Below, one piece after another: positions 1 to 11,762 of a stretch of DNA of 64,000 nt; position 1 is the first letter of the stretch; each line of letters opens with the position of its first letter. Location of the stretch: NCBI RefSeq assembly GCF_053078305.1, contig NZ_CP166879.1; one strand, given 5' to 3'. A program made the position numbers and the translations under genes. The notes beneath the pieces are model-generated. The model was not told where the DNA came from. It worked only from the letters and a program-made list of their open reading frames with translations, and searched no databases.

Positions 1-63
1 TTCTGCATCTTCTGTAGCGCCGATGCCGAATGAGTCCAGCACCATAATAAATGCACGTTTCAT
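1..63 (-). CDS. deoB: phosphopentomutase, N-terminal 21 codons only (gene runs off window start)
   Basis: Reverse complement of 1-63 translates MKRAFIMVLDSFGIGATEDAE, matching the DeoB N-terminus; lies downstream of deoA in operon order. Confidence 0.7.
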   Translation of the reverse strand, partial: MKRAFIMVLDSFGIGATEDAE

Positions 64-114
64 ATGTTCTCCGTACTCAGTGCTTCAAATTTAAATGATC
101 AGATCAGTATACCG

Positions 115-1437
115 TTATTCGCTGATACGGCGATAGACAGTTGGTGTGCTTTCCGGTGCTTTATCGGCAAGTTTAATTGCCGCTTTCACCGCTTTCGCTG
201 CTTCCTGCCAGCTGTTTTCGTCTTTCGCGTGGATAACCGCCAGCGGACGCTGACCGTCTACCTGGTCGCCCAGACGCGCCATATCAGTAAAGCCGACGCT
301 GTAATCGATGGTGTCAGATGCCTGACGGCGACCGCCGCCCATTGCAACCACTGCCATCCCCAGCGCGCGGGTATCCATTTCACTGACAAAACCTTCGGTA
401 TCAGCATAGACTGCTTTCGTCAGCATCGCTGTCGGCAGATACTTCGCGTAGTTCTCAACGAAGTCGGTCGGGCCTTTTTGTGCCGCTACCATACGACCAA
501 AGACTTCTGCCGCTTTACCGTTGTCCAGCACCGCCTGCAGTTTAGCGCGCGCTTCGGCGTCATCTTGCGCCAGTTTGCCGGAAATCAGCATCTCCACACA
601 CAGCGCCATCGTGACATCAAACAGACGCGGGTTACGATACTCACCCGTCAGGAACTGCACCGCTTCACGAACTTCAACCGCGTTACCTGCACTGGAGGCC
701 AGTACCTGATTCATGTCGGTGAGCAGCGCGGTGGTGCGCACGCCAGCGCCGTTAGCCACGCCAACAATCGCTTCGGCAAGGGCTTCAGAGAGTTCGTAGG
801 TCGGCATAAACGCGCCGCTACCCACTTTCACGTCCATCACCAGCGCATCCAGACCTTCCGCCAGTTTCTTCGCCAGAATAGAGGCGGTGATCAGCGGGAT
901 GGAGTCCACGGTTGCGGTAATATCGCGGGTCGCGTAGAAACGTTTATCCGCCGGAGCCAGTGAGCTGGTCTGGCCGATAATTGCCACGCCGACGTCTTTA
1001 ATAATTTCGCGGAAACGGTTGTCATCCGGGAAAATGTCGAAGCCAGGGATGGATTCCAGTTTGTCGAGCGTACCGCCAGTATGACCGAGGCCACGACCGG
1101 AGATCATCGGAATATAGCCGCCGCAGGCTGCGACCATCGGCCCCAACATCAGCGAAGTCACATCGCCGACACCGCCGGTGGAGTGTTTATCAACAATCGG
1201 GCCATTCAGATGCAGGCTTTTCCAGTCGAGAACGGTTCCTGAATCTCGCATCGCCATGGTCAGCGAGACACGCTCAGGCATTGTCATATCGTGGAAGAAA
1301 ATGGTCATCGCGAGGGCGGCAATCTGCCCTTCGGAGATAGTGTTGTCGCGAATACCGTTGATAAAGAAACGAATTTCTTCATCGCTCAGCGCATGACCAT
1401 CACGTTTTTTACGAATAATTTCTTGTGCGAGAAACAA
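115..1437 (-). CDS. deoA: thymidine phosphorylase
   Basis: 440-aa ORF; recognised as E. coli DeoA over full length. Confidence 0.95.
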
Positions 1438-1474
1438 GGTAACCTCCCGTGGAAAAGAGTATGAGGCGGCTTTT

Positions 1475-1550
1475 GCCGGATGCGTCTACGCCTTATCCGG
1501 CCTACGGGTAGATACGTCTCGTAGGCCTGATAAGCGCAGCGCATCAGGCG
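1475..1550. repeat. REP/BIME palindromic units between deoA and deoC
   Basis: Two inverted GCCGGATGCG...CCTTATCCGGCCTAC-type REP units. Confidence 0.7.
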
Positions 1551-1563
1551 TAAAGCATCTTAC

Positions 1564-2343
1564 TTAGTAGCTGCTGGCGCTCTTACCGTCGCCGTGACCC
1601 AGCGCTTTCAGCAGGCTTGCCAGCAGGCTGGAAGCACCAAAGCGGTAGTGACGCGCATCAGCCCAGTCAGCACCGAACAGTTCATCTGCGATGGCGAGAT
1701 ATTTCTGCGCATCTTCCGCAGTACGCACGCCGCCCGCCGGTTTGAAACCAACGGTTTTTTCTACGCCCATATCACGGATCACTTCCATCATGATGCGCGC
1801 GCTTTCCGGCGTCGCGTTCACAGCCACTTTACCGGTAGAGGTTTTGATGAAGTCCGCACCCGCTTTGATGGAGATTTCAGACGCTTTACGGATCAGCGCT
1901 TCGTCTTTCAGTTCGCCGGTTTCGATGATCACTTTCAGCAGTACATTCGCTGCCGCGCAAGCCTCTTTACAGGCTTTCACAAGGTCAAAACCAACCTGCT
2001 CGTTACCCGCCATCAGCGCGCGGTACGGGAACACAACGTCAACTTCATCAGCACCGTAGGCGATTGCCGCACGGGTTTCTGCCAGCGCGATTTCGATGTC
2101 GTCGTTACCGTGTGGGAAGTTGGTTACCGTAGCAATACGGATTTCCGGGGTGCCCTGCTCTTTCAGTGTTTTGCGAGCAATCGGGATAAAGCGAGGATAG
2201 ATACAGATAGCGGCGGTATTGCCGACCGGGGTTTTGGCCTGATGACACAGAGCAATTACTTTCTCGTCGGTGTCGTCGTCATTCAGGGTGGTCAGGTCCA
2301 TCAATTTCAGTGCACGCAGGCTGCTTGCTTTCAGATCAGTCAT
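1564..2343 (-). CDS. deoC: deoxyribose-phosphate aldolase
   Basis: ORF 1564-2367; start taken at MTDLKASSL giving 259 aa as in K-12 DeoC. Confidence 0.95.
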
Positions 2344-2387
2344 TTCATTCTCCTGGCTTGTCGCCAATAAAATTCACCTTGCGAGTT

Positions 2388-2403
2388 TGTTAGTATTCTA
2401 ACA
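2388..2403. promoter_or_regulatory. DeoR operator O2 (deoP2) palindrome TGTTAGTATTCTAACA
   Basis: 16-bp palindrome matching DeoR operator consensus TGTTAGAA.TTCTAACA, about 45 bp upstream of deoC start. Confidence 0.7.
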
Positions 2404-2600
2404 TCTACTCCGCAACACACTTCGATATACATCACAATTAAGGAAATCTACTTACAAGTTTGCATCACTGTAATGCGATCTGGTTCAAATAATTCACTTT
2501 CAAATGAATGCGTCAGTGGTGGCAAACGCATCAGGATCAAAGTGAACATCACGAAACTTCTTACAATGGCGCATCACCTTCGGCATAAAAGGAAAAGAAG

Positions 2601-4151
2601 ATGCCCACTTCTCATGAAAATGCACTGCAACAACGTTGCCAGCAAATTGTCACCAGCCCAGTGCTTAGCCCGGAGCAGAAGCGCCATTTTCTGGCACTGG
2701 AAGCAGAAAACAATCTGCCTTACCCACAGCTTCCTGCCGAAGCCCGCCGCGCGCTGGATGAAGGTGTAATCTGCGATATGTTTGAAGGTCATGCGCCGTA
2801 CAAACCGCGCTATGTCTTACCCGATTACGCCCGTTTTCTGGCGAACGGTTCCGAATGGCTGGAGCTGGAAGGCGCGAAAGATCTTGATGACGCACTCTCT
2901 CTGCTGACCATTCTTTACCACCACGTACCGTCGGTCACATCGATGCCGGTCTACCTGGGGCAACTGGATGCGTTGTTGCAACCGTATGTTAGAATTCTAA
3001 CACAAGACGAGATCGATGTTCGAATAAAACGTTTCTGGCGTTACCTCGACAGAACCCTGCCAGACGCCTTTATGCACGCCAATATCGGCCCGTCTGATTC
3101 GCCCATTACCCGCGCGATCTTACGTGCAGACGCAGAGTTGAAGCAGGTTTCACCGAACCTGACTTTTATCTACGATCCTGAAATCACCCCTGATGACCTG
3201 CTGCTGGAAGTGGCGAAGAACATCTGTGAATGTAGCAAACCGCACATCGCCAACGGTCCGGTGCATGATAAAATTTTCACAAAAGGGGGCTACGGGATTG
3301 TGAGCTGTTACAACTCACTGCCGCTGGCGGGTGGTGGCAGCACGCTGGTACGCCTTAACCTGAAAGCCATTGTCGAGCGCAGCGAATCGCTGGATGACTT
3401 CTTTACGCGCACTCTACCGCACTACTGCCAGCAGCAGATCGCCATCATCGATGCGCGGTGTGAATTCCTCTATCAACAATCACACTTCTTTGAGAATAGC
3501 TTCCTGGTGAAAGAAGGGCTGATTAACCCTGAACGTTTTGTGCCAATGTTTGGCATGTATGGGCTGGCGGAAGCGGTTAACTTGCTGTGTGAGAAAGAAG
3601 GGATTGCCGCGCGCTACGGTAAAGAAGCCGCCGCAAATGAAGTGGGTTATCGCATCAGCGCGCAACTGGCGGAGTTTGTCGCCAATACCCCCGTGAAATA
3701 TGGCTGGCAAAAACGCGCCATGTTACACGCACAGTCGGGGATCAGTTCCGATATCGGCACCACGCCGGGCGCGCGTTTGCCGTATGGCGATGAGCCAGAT
3801 CCGATCACCCATCTGCAAACTGTCGCCCCGCATCATGCTTATTATTATTCCGGCATCAGCGACATTCTGACGCTCGACGAAACCATCAAACGTAACCCGC
3901 AGGCACTGGTACAGCTTTGCCTCGGTGCCTTTAAAGCCGGAATGCGTGAATTTACCGCCAATGTCAGCGGTAACGATCTGGTTCGCGTTACCGGTTATAT
4001 GGTGCGTTTGTCGGATTTAGAAAAATATCGCGCCGAAGGTTCACGCACCAACACCACCTGGCTGGGCGAAGAAGCCGCACGCAACACTCGTATTCTGGAA
4101 CGCCAGCCGCGCGTGATAAGCCATGAACAGCAGATGCGCTTTAGTCAGTAA
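2601..4151 (+). CDS. yjjI: glycyl-radical-enzyme-like protein (DUF3029 family), function unknown
   Basis: 516-aa ORF; C-terminal RVTGY resembles the glycine-radical motif RVxGY; followed by an activase-like gene. Confidence 0.85.
   Translation: MPTSHENALQQRCQQIVTSPVLSPEQKRHFLALEAENNLPYPQLPAEARRALDEGVICDMFEGHAPYKPRYVLPDYARFLANGSEWLELEGAKDLDDALSLLTILYHHVPSVTSMPVYLGQLDALLQPYVRILTQDEIDVRIKRFWRYLDRTLPDAFMHANIGPSDSPITRAILRADAELKQVSPNLTFIYDPEITPDDLLLEVAKNICECSKPHIANGPVHDKIFTKGGYGIVSCYNSLPLAGGGSTLVRLNLKAIVERSESLDDFFTRTLPHYCQQQIAIIDARCEFLYQQSHFFENSFLVKEGLINPERFVPMFGMYGLAEAVNLLCEKEGIAARYGKEAAANEVGYRISAQLAEFVANTPVKYGWQKRAMLHAQSGISSDIGTTPGARLPYGDEPDPITHLQTVAPHHAYYYSGISDILTLDETIKRNPQALVQLCLGAFKAGMREFTANVSGNDLVRVTGYMVRLSDLEKYRAEGSRTNTTWLGEEAARNTRILERQPRVISHEQQMRFSQ
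2987..3002. promoter_or_regulatory. DeoR operator O1 (deoP1) perfect palindrome TGTTAGAATTCTAACA
   Basis: Perfect 16-bp DeoR palindrome; centre-to-centre distance to O2 is 599 bp, the published O1-O2 spacing; lies inside the yjjI ORF. Confidence 0.7.
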
Positions 4152-4986
4152 GATTATCCCCTTCTCCTGCGTTGACGGGCCAGGCAGTCGTCTGGCTCTG
4201 TTTTTGCAGGGCTGCAATCTGCGCTGCAAAAACTGTCACAATCCGTGGACGATGGGACGTTGCAATGACTGTGGGGAGTGCGTGCCACAGTGTCCGCATC
4301 AGGCGTTGCAGATTGTTGACGGCAAAGTGGTGTGGAACGCTGTGGTCTGCGAGCAATGTGATACCTGCCTGAAGAGGTGTCCGCAACATGCCACGCCAAT
4401 GGCGCAATCCATGAGCGTGGATGAGGTGCTTAGCCATATCCGCAAAGCGGTGCTGTTTATTGAAGGGATAACGGTAAGCGGCGGCGAAGCCACGACCCAA
4501 CTGCCGTTTGTAGTGGCGCTGTTTACTGCCATCAAAAACGATCCGCAACTGTGCCATCTCACCTGCCTCGTGGACAGTAACGGTATGTTGAGCGAAACCG
4601 GCTGGGAAAAATTGCTCCCGGTGTGCGACGGCGCAATGCTCGATCTCAAAGCGTGGGGGAGCGAATGTCATCAACAATTAACCGGACGCGATAATCAGCA
4701 GATTAAGCGCAGCATCTGTTTGCTGGCAGAGCGCGGCAAGCTGGCGGAACTGCGTTTGCTGGTAATCCCTGGCCAGGTGGATTATTTGCAACACATCGAA
4801 GAACTGGCGGTGTTTATCAAGGGACTTGGCGATGTTCCGGTACGCCTGAACGCGTTTCATGCCCACGGCGTGTATGGCGAGGCGCAAAGCTGGGCGAGCG
4901 CCACGCCGGAAGACGTTGAGCCGTTGGCTGATGCGTTACGGGAGCGCGGGGTGAGCCGGTTAATATTTCCGGCGCTGTATTTGTGA
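4123..4986 (+). CDS. yjjW: radical-SAM glycyl-radical-enzyme activating protein with extra ferredoxin-like Cys clusters
   Basis: 287-aa ORF; CxxxCxxC radical-SAM motif (CNLRCKNC) plus two CxxCxxCxxxCP clusters; overlaps yjjI end. Confidence 0.9.
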   Translation: MNSRCALVSKIIPFSCVDGPGSRLALFLQGCNLRCKNCHNPWTMGRCNDCGECVPQCPHQALQIVDGKVVWNAVVCEQCDTCLKRCPQHATPMAQSMSVDEVLSHIRKAVLFIEGITVSGGEATTQLPFVVALFTAIKNDPQLCHLTCLVDSNGMLSETGWEKLLPVCDGAMLDLKAWGSECHQQLTGRDNQQIKRSICLLAERGKLAELRLLVIPGQVDYLQHIEELAVFIKGLGDVPVRLNAFHAHGVYGEAQSWASATPEDVEPLADALRERGVSRLIFPALYL

Positions 4987-4988
4987 CA

Positions 4989-5190
4989 TGCCGGATACGG
5001 CCTACGGTTCGGCACAGACTTGTAGGCCTGATAAGACGCGTCAAGCGTCGCATCAGGCATTGTGCGCCAACTGCCGGATGCGGCGTGAACGCCTTATCCG
5101 GCCTACGGTTCGGCACAAACCTGTAGGCATGATAAGACGCGTTAAGCGTCGCATCAGGCATTATGCGCCGACTGCCGGATGCTGCCTACG
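4989..5190. repeat. BIME cluster (multiple REP units)
   Basis: Repeated GCCGGATGCGGCGTGAACGCCTTATCCGGCCTACG-like units in alternating orientation. Confidence 0.75.
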
Positions 5191-5199
5191 AAGGGCAAA

Positions 5200-5982
5200 C
5201 TACCCACTAACGCTAAACACCGCATACGTATTATTAAGCAACACTTCGGCAATCTCATCTTCTGGTTCCGGGCGCAACTCGCAAAGCACGTCAAACACCC
5301 GCGCAGCCTGTTCCGGGCGGTTAGGCTGCCCCTGAAAGCCGTTGAGCGGCATATCCGGCGCGTCGGTTTCCAGCAACAACGATGCCAGCGGTAATTTTGC
5401 GATGACATCGCGGGTTTTACTGGCGCGTGGATAGGTGATAGTACCGCCTACGCCGATTTTGTAGCCCAGCTGTACAAACCGTTCAGCCTGTTGCTGGCTG
5501 CCAGAAAATCCGTGGACAACACCAGCACGCGGCAAATCGTGGCGTTTAAGATGCATCGCCAGTTTGTCGTGTGTGCGCCGTGAATGCAGGATCACCGGCA
5601 GATCGTAGCGTTTCGCCAGTTTCAGTTGTTCGTCGAGCAACCACTGCTGCCTCTCAAATTGCGGATCGTCGCCGAAGAGATCCAGACCGATCTCCCCCAC
5701 CGCCACCACCTTCGCCGGACGCCTTTCCAGCGCCTGCTGTAGCTGCTCAAGAGACACATCGCTATGTTTTTCCAACATACCAGGATGCAAGCCCAATGCG
5801 GCATACAGCGGCTGAAAATTTTCCGCTAACGCCTGCACGCGGGCAAAATTTGCCGCCTCGGTTGCCGGAACAATGATCTTGCCTACGCCCGCTTGTGCCG
5901 CGCGTTGCAGGCTAGCCTCTTCATCACCGCTAAACGGCGGAAAATCAAAATGGCAGTGGGTGTCGATAAAACGGCAAATCAA
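5200..5982 (-). CDS. yjjV: TatD-family metal-dependent hydrolase/DNase
   Basis: 260-aa ORF; HxH metal-binding start (DTHCHFDF); matches K-12 YjjV. Confidence 0.9.
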   Translation of the reverse strand: MICRFIDTHCHFDFPPFSGDEEASLQRAAQAGVGKIIVPATEAANFARVQALAENFQPLYAALGLHPGMLEKHSDVSLEQLQQALERRPAKVVAVGEIGLDLFGDDPQFERQQWLLDEQLKLAKRYDLPVILHSRRTHDKLAMHLKRHDLPRAGVVHGFSGSQQQAERFVQLGYKIGVGGTITYPRASKTRDVIAKLPLASLLLETDAPDMPLNGFQGQPNRPEQAARVFDVLCELRPEPEDEIAEVLLNNTYAVFSVSG

Positions 5983-7052
5983 GCCAGATCCTCATTGTTA
6001 AATGTCGGGTCGTTCGCCTGCGGAGCGTCGCTCACTTCGGCAACCAGCGTATCGTTGGCGACTGGCGCAGGCGGAATAACGATCGATTCCGGCGTCACCA
6101 CCGGCACCAGATGGCGGGTAAGCGGCGCTTTTTCAGTTAATAGCTTACCAACCGTTGCCAGAAAATAACGACCGCATAAACGTCCAAGTTTATAGTCTTC
6201 ACGCAGCGCCGGAAGCCGACTGCCGAGCGCGATACTATGCAACGGCTTCGGCGGATAAATTTCGAATATCCGCAGCTTGCCCGGTGGTTTCTCAATAAAT
6301 TGCTGAATGTCACGATAGCTGGTTTCATGATGCTGTACCAGATTGACCAGCGGTTGCAGGCTACTGTCGCCCAGCCAGCGTTCCATGCGTTTAAACCACT
6401 GCGGCGTATAGTACATTTGCGACGGCACAGTGCGGATGACGACCAACGTTTTTGCTCCCTGCCTTGCCGCCTCTTTAACCGGAATCGCATCACTGATCCC
6501 ACCATCCAGGTAGTTAATGCCTTCCAGCGACACTCCGCTACGATAAAAACCAGGTATCGCACTGGAGGCGCGAATCACATCCAGCCAGTTTTGTTTGGTC
6601 GGTAAAAAGTAATTCGGCGCGTAGTCATCCTGACGACAGGCGCACATATAAAACGATTTGCCGCTGTCAAACAACCGCGCGGCGGTATCCATTTGCAACG
6701 GCATCTGGCTTGCGGTGGCCTCCACCAGCCAGTCGAGATCGATAAGATTTCCTCCACGGACAAAGCGCAATGGATCGAAAAATTCGCGTTTTGTGGTATA
6801 GCGCATGATGACTTTGCGCGCGTAACCGGGCTGATTGCAGATAAACGCCGAGAGGTTCTGCGCCCCGGCAGATGTGCCGAGATAAAGATCGAAAGGATTA
6901 AACTGCGCGCGCATAAACTCATCCAGCACGCCAGCCGTGAAAATTCCACGCTGCCCGCCGCCTTCGCACACCAGAGCTATTCGTCCAGGCTGGAACGGCC
7001 TTAGCGACAACGGCGCAATATTACCAAGCGTTACAGGTATTCGCTGCCCCAC
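5979..7052 (-). CDS. yjjU: patatin-like phospholipase
   Basis: ORF 5979-7088; GGGxRG and GTSAG patatin motifs; start placed at in-frame GTG to give 357 aa (ATG at 7088 is the alternative). Confidence 0.8.
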   Translation of the reverse strand: MGQRIPVTLGNIAPLSLRPFQPGRIALVCEGGGQRGIFTAGVLDEFMRAQFNPFDLYLGTSAGAQNLSAFICNQPGYARKVIMRYTTKREFFDPLRFVRGGNLIDLDWLVEATASQMPLQMDTAARLFDSGKSFYMCACRQDDYAPNYFLPTKQNWLDVIRASSAIPGFYRSGVSLEGINYLDGGISDAIPVKEAARQGAKTLVVIRTVPSQMYYTPQWFKRMERWLGDSSLQPLVNLVQHHETSYRDIQQFIEKPPGKLRIFEIYPPKPLHSIALGSRLPALREDYKLGRLCGRYFLATVGKLLTEKAPLTRHLVPVVTPESIVIPPAPVANDTLVAEVSDAPQANDPTFNNEDLA

Positions 7053-7173
7053 CTCTGCCTTCCTGTTTTTGTTGTGAAAGAATGACAAAGTAACGCAATT
7101 TATTATTCGCTAAAACCGCAAAAGCCAGTCCGCTGGACTGGCTTTGGATAAAATTTTCTTAATGGTCTGAAAT

Positions 7174-7335
7174 CTAGGGTCGTTTTCGGCCCATGAACAA
7201 ACTCACCAGGAACAGAATAATCCCGACGACAAAGACAATTTTAGCTGCGCCTGCAGCGGTACCGGCCAGACCACCAAACCCAAGTGCGGCGGCGATTAAC
7301 GCGATAACCAGAAATATGATGCCCCAACGAAACAT
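7174..7335 (-). CDS. ytjA: small membrane protein, DUF1328
   Basis: 53-aa hydrophobic protein [22 protein letters not shown]... inside a 63-aa ORF. Confidence 0.8.
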
Positions 7336-7461
7336 AAGCGTCTCCTTTACCATAGTTAATGTCACCGCTTGATATGAGCGTGAAAATCACTCAATGCGAT
7401 ATTTTTAGTGTGGTGCACATCGCGCCTCCCGACAAAGTTCGGGAGGACGAATTACGACGAA

Positions 7462-8067
7462 TTACTTAGTTTTCAGATCATTTTTAACGCTTTTCACACC
7501 ATCTACCGCTTTGGCGATACTTTCAGCACGGTCACTTTGTGCCTGAGAATCGACGGTACCGGAGAGCTGAACCACGCCGTCGGTGGTTTCAACTTTCACA
7601 TGACGGGAAGGGACGATATCGTCCGCCAGCAGTTTGGCTTTGATTTCACTGGTGGTGGCGGTGTCACCCGCGTAGCCCTTCACCGAGCCTTCTTTAGCGT
7701 CGCGAACGTGCAGTTTGTCGCTGACAGAGGTCACCCCTTCAACGCCTTTCGCCACTTTCACTGCCTCTTCGGCCTGAGCCTGGCTTTCAACGAAACCGCT
7801 CAGGGTCACGACTTTTTGATCGGTTTTGACAGAGATATCGGTGCTCTTGATGTTGTCATGATCCACCAGCGCCGCCTTCACTTTCGCGGTGATGGCGCTG
7901 TCATCCATGAAATTACCGACTTTATTCATAGAGCTATCGACTTTTTGCCCTGCGCTTTCATTGGTAGTTTGTGCGTTGTTTTCCGCGTAGGCAGAGCCGG
8001 TCGCGACGGCAGAGGTCAACATTACAGCCAGCAGAGTTTTCGAAATCTTCAGTCTTGTCATAGTCAT
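7462..8067 (-). CDS. osmY: osmotically inducible periplasmic protein, two BON domains
   Basis: 201 aa from [15 protein letters not shown] with signal peptide; matches OsmY. Confidence 0.95.
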
Positions 8068-8459
8068 CGATTTATTCCTGTATGTTTGCTCGTAATTTGA
8101 GCCTGGCAACACGAGGTTGCATTGCTGAATAGGGAGAGACTTCACCCTCTACAGAAGTCAATGGTCGCCATCACAAAAGCGATGAGTGATGAATAACGAC
8201 CATTACAGCCTCTGAATCAGTTATTAATATCGGTAGAATGACAATCGACGGCTTTAGATACTGATATCTACGCATTGAACGGTATTTAACGCCGTCAGAA
8301 ATGTCATCACTTTGTTAAATATAGATCACAATTTTGAAACCGCTCGGGATATCAGCGAAAACATAAGCAAAAGTGAATGTTTTAAGAACATTCCGTAAGC
8401 GGCTAATAAGGAAGGGAAATTGACAGGGCGCAGCGGCTACCGCGCCCTGGAGGCAAGAA

Positions 8460-10049
8460 TTAATGCTCGCGGGTCTGGTGGAACTGAACGTCCGGATAAC
8501 GTTCCTGTGCCAGGCGCAGGTTGACCATGCTGGTAGCGATGTAAGCGAGGTTATCGCCGCCATCAAGCGCCAGTTGGCTTTCGTTCTTACGCTTGAACTC
8601 TTCGAATTTCTTCGCGTCTGCACATTCTACCCAGCGGGCAGTGGCAACGTTGACTGACTCATACACTGCTTCAACGTTGTATTCGCTCTTCAGGCGCGCT
8701 ACCACCACATCAAACTGCAGCACACCAACTGCACCAACGATCAGATCGTTGTTGGAGATTGGACGGAACACCTGCACCGCGCCCTCTTCGGAAAGCTGTA
8801 CCAGCCCTTTGAGCAGCTGTTTTTGCTTCAGCGGATCTTTCAGGCGGATACGACGGAACAGTTCTGGTGCGAAGTTCGGAATACCGGTGAACTTCATCAT
8901 CTCACCCTGGGTAAAGGTGTCGCCGATCTGAATGGTGCCGTGGTTGTGCAGGCCGAGGATATCGCCCGGATACGCTTCTTCAACGTGCGAACGGTCACCC
9001 GCCATAAAGGTCAGCGCGTCGGAGATCACCACATCTTTCGCAGTGCGCACCTGGCGCAGTTTCATGCCTTTTTCATATTTACCGGACACCACACGCATAA
9101 ACGCCACGCGGTCGCGGTGTTTCGGGTCCATGTTGGCCTGAATTTTAAATACGAAGCCGGTAAATTTATCTTCGCTCGCTTCTACGGTACGGGTATCGGT
9201 CTGACGCGGCATCGGCGCAGGCGCCCACTCCACCAGGCCATCCAGCATATGATCAACGCCGAAGTTACCCAGCGCAGTACCGAAGAATACCGGAGTGATT
9301 TCGCCCGCAAGGAACAGCTCTTTGTCGAACTCGTTAGACGCGCCTTTAACCAGTTCCAGTTCGTCACGCAGCTGCTGTGCCAGATCTTCACCAACCGCAG
9401 CATCGAGATCCGGGTTATTCAGCCCTTTAACAATGCGGACTTCCTGAATGGTGTGCCCTTTACCGCTCTGATAGAGATAGGTTTCATCTTTATAAAGATG
9501 GTAAACGCCTTTAAACAGCTTGCCGCAGCCAATCGGCCAGGTGATCGGCGCACAGCCGATTTTCAGCTCGTTCTCAACTTCATCGAGCAGCTCCATCGGG
9601 TCGCGGATATCACGGTCAAGTTTGTTCATAAAGGTGAGGATCGGCGTGTCGCGCAGACGGGTAACTTCCATCAGCTTGCGGGTACGATCTTCAACACCTT
9701 TTGCGGCGTCGATAACCATCAGGCAGCAGTCCACCGCCGTCAGGGTACGATAGGTATCTTCCGAGAAGTCTTCGTGCCCCGGGGTGTCGAGCAGGTTAAC
9801 CAGGCAATCGTGATACGGAAACTGCATCACAGACGTAGTAATGGAGATCCCACGCTGCTTTTCCATCTCCATCCAGTCCGACTTAGCGTGCTGGTTGGAA
9901 CCACGGCCTTTTACTGTACCGGCGGTCTGAATGGCCTGTCCGAACAGCAGCACCTTCTCGGTGATGGTAGTCTTACCGGCGTCCGGGTGAGAAATAATGG
10001 CAAAAGTGCGGCGCTTCGCCACCTCTTGCAAATAAGGAGACAACGTCAT
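8460..10049 (-). CDS. prfC: peptide chain release factor 3 (GTPase)
   Basis: 529 aa from [29 protein letters not shown]-domain motifs. Confidence 0.95.
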
Positions 10050-10139
10050 AATTCTTTCTTCTTGAGTAAGCGGCATCGCGCCGCGCTTGTTGAAAACGAA
10101 AAATTGCGGCTATTTTACCCATCAACGGGGGGGAGGCAA

Positions 10140-10817
10140 TCAGTGTTTACACAGGAGCTGCTCCAGTTCGTGCAACGAAGAAACGGTCCAGGTGGGCGCG
10201 ATGCCTTCTGGTTGCTCGCGATGGTGTGCATTCAGCCAGCAGGTCGCAAGCCCGGCGTTGATGCCACCGAGAATATCGGACTCGGCAGTGTCGCCAACCA
10301 TCAGCACGCGTGAACGGTCAGGATTGCCCGCCTGTTCCAGCGCATAATCGAAAATTTTCTTATTTGGTTTGGCAACGCCAACTTCTTCGGAAATCACCAG
10401 CAAATCGAAGTAATCACGCAGGCCCGTGCGTTCCAGACGCACCTGTTGCAAGGCACTAAAGCCGTTGGTGATGATGCCGATTTTGGCGTTGCCACGAATG
10501 GCGTTAAGCAGAGAAACCGCGCCCGGCAGCGGCGTGCAGATTTCCGCCATCGCATTAATAAAGGCTTCGTTGAGTTTACCCGGCTCGACGTTCAGCCGTT
10601 CGGCCCAGCTCTCAAACCGCCCGTGCTGAAGCTGTAATGAAGTGATCGCGCCGTTTTGATAATCCACCCACAGTGGCTTGTTAACGGCCTGATAGTCCTG
10701 AAAATCTTCAGCGGTAAAGGTGACGCTGTAATCAAGAAACATCCGCTGCAGGCCGGTGAATGAGTCAAAGGTAAACAGCGTTTCATCGGCATCAAAGAAA
10801 ATCCAGTCCCACTTCAT
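10140..10817 (-). CDS. yjjG: HAD-family pyrimidine 5'-nucleotidase
   Basis: 225-aa ORF with HAD motif FFDADETL at N-terminus. Confidence 0.9.
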
Positions 10818-10831
10818 TATTCCACCTTGTC

Positions 10832-11278
10832 TTACATACTGATTGGCAACGCCATGATGATGGCGTCTTCGCGACCGTCCGTGGTGGGGTAGTAATTGCG
10901 GCGAATCGTCGCCTCGTTAAAGCCTAAACTTTCGTACAGGGCAATGGCGGCAGCGTTTGAAGCACGGACTTCCAGCCATAGTGTCGCCACGCCGCGTTTT
11001 TCCAGTTCGTCGATCAGATGTTCCAGCAGCGCCCTTCCCAATCCCTGACGCTGATATTCAGGATCGACCGCAATATTGAACAATGTAGCTTCATCCAGCA
11101 CCACTTGCGTAATCGCAAACGCCGCCATTTTGCCGTTTTGCGTTAACTGAAAGTTGAGATAACGCTCGCCCTGGTTGCTGGCAAAGGTTTTTTCACTCCA
11201 CGGAAAGGCGTGGGCGCGTTGTTCAATGTGGTAAGCCGCTGGTAAATCAGTCGTTTCGAGGGAAGAAATCGTGTTCAT
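10832..11278 (-). CDS. rimI: ribosomal protein S18 alanine N-acetyltransferase (GNAT)
   Basis: 148-aa GNAT ORF in holD-rimI-yjjG operon context. Confidence 0.9.
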
Positions 11279-11660
11279 ATGTGCAAATTTGTTGCCATAA
11301 CGCGGCGCGTGCCGTTGGGTTTGCCCGTAATTCGGTGAGCGCCGGTGATGCCACCTGAGCGCCTTCCAGTGATAGCGGTTCGTCAGTACCCAACCGCCAG
11401 CTGTTGCAGCGACTGCCTTGCGGCAGCATCGCGATTTTTTCTGGCGTCAGTTGCAGCACTTGATCGGGGCTGACGGTTAATGCACGCAGAACATCGCTCA
11501 CTAAAGGATCAGTCAGGGCGGGAAGATCGTTTGCCACCATCACCAGACGGACGTGTGCCGGGATCGCAATGGCAATCTCCCCCTGCAACGCGCCAGGGCG
11601 ACGCAGCGACCACTGGGTAATGCCCAGTTGCTGTAACTGCCAGTCTCGTCGGGATGTCAT
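11247..11660 (-). CDS. holD: DNA polymerase III psi subunit
   Basis: 137-aa ORF overlapping rimI start; matches HolD. Confidence 0.9.
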   Translation of the reverse strand: MTSRRDWQLQQLGITQWSLRRPGALQGEIAIAIPAHVRLVMVANDLPALTDPLVSDVLRALTVSPDQVLQLTPEKIAMLPQGSRCNSWRLGTDEPLSLEGAQVASPALTELRANPTARAALWQQICTYEHDFFPRND

Positions 11661-11762
11661 AGCGAATCGCTCCTGTTGTCAGGGGCGCAAATATAGCAAA
11701 TTCGTCGATACCGCGCCAACATATGGCTATAATCGCCGCCAGTATCAATTGAGGAGCATTCC

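Noticed and set aside
64-963. 299-aa plus-strand ORF
   Set aside because: Lies entirely antisense within deoA; Cys/Arg/His-rich low-complexity translation typical of a shadow ORF.
1594-2370. 258-aa plus-strand ORF
   Set aside because: Antisense shadow of deoC, which is recognised over its full length on the minus strand.
4817-5335. ORFs of 114-115 aa on both strands between yjjW and yjjV
   Set aside because: They span the BIME/REP cluster; translations are Arg/Cys/Pro-rich and reflect the palindromic repeats.
8823-10313. 496-aa plus-strand ORF
   Set aside because: Antisense to prfC; no recognisable domain; prfC on the opposite strand is unambiguous.
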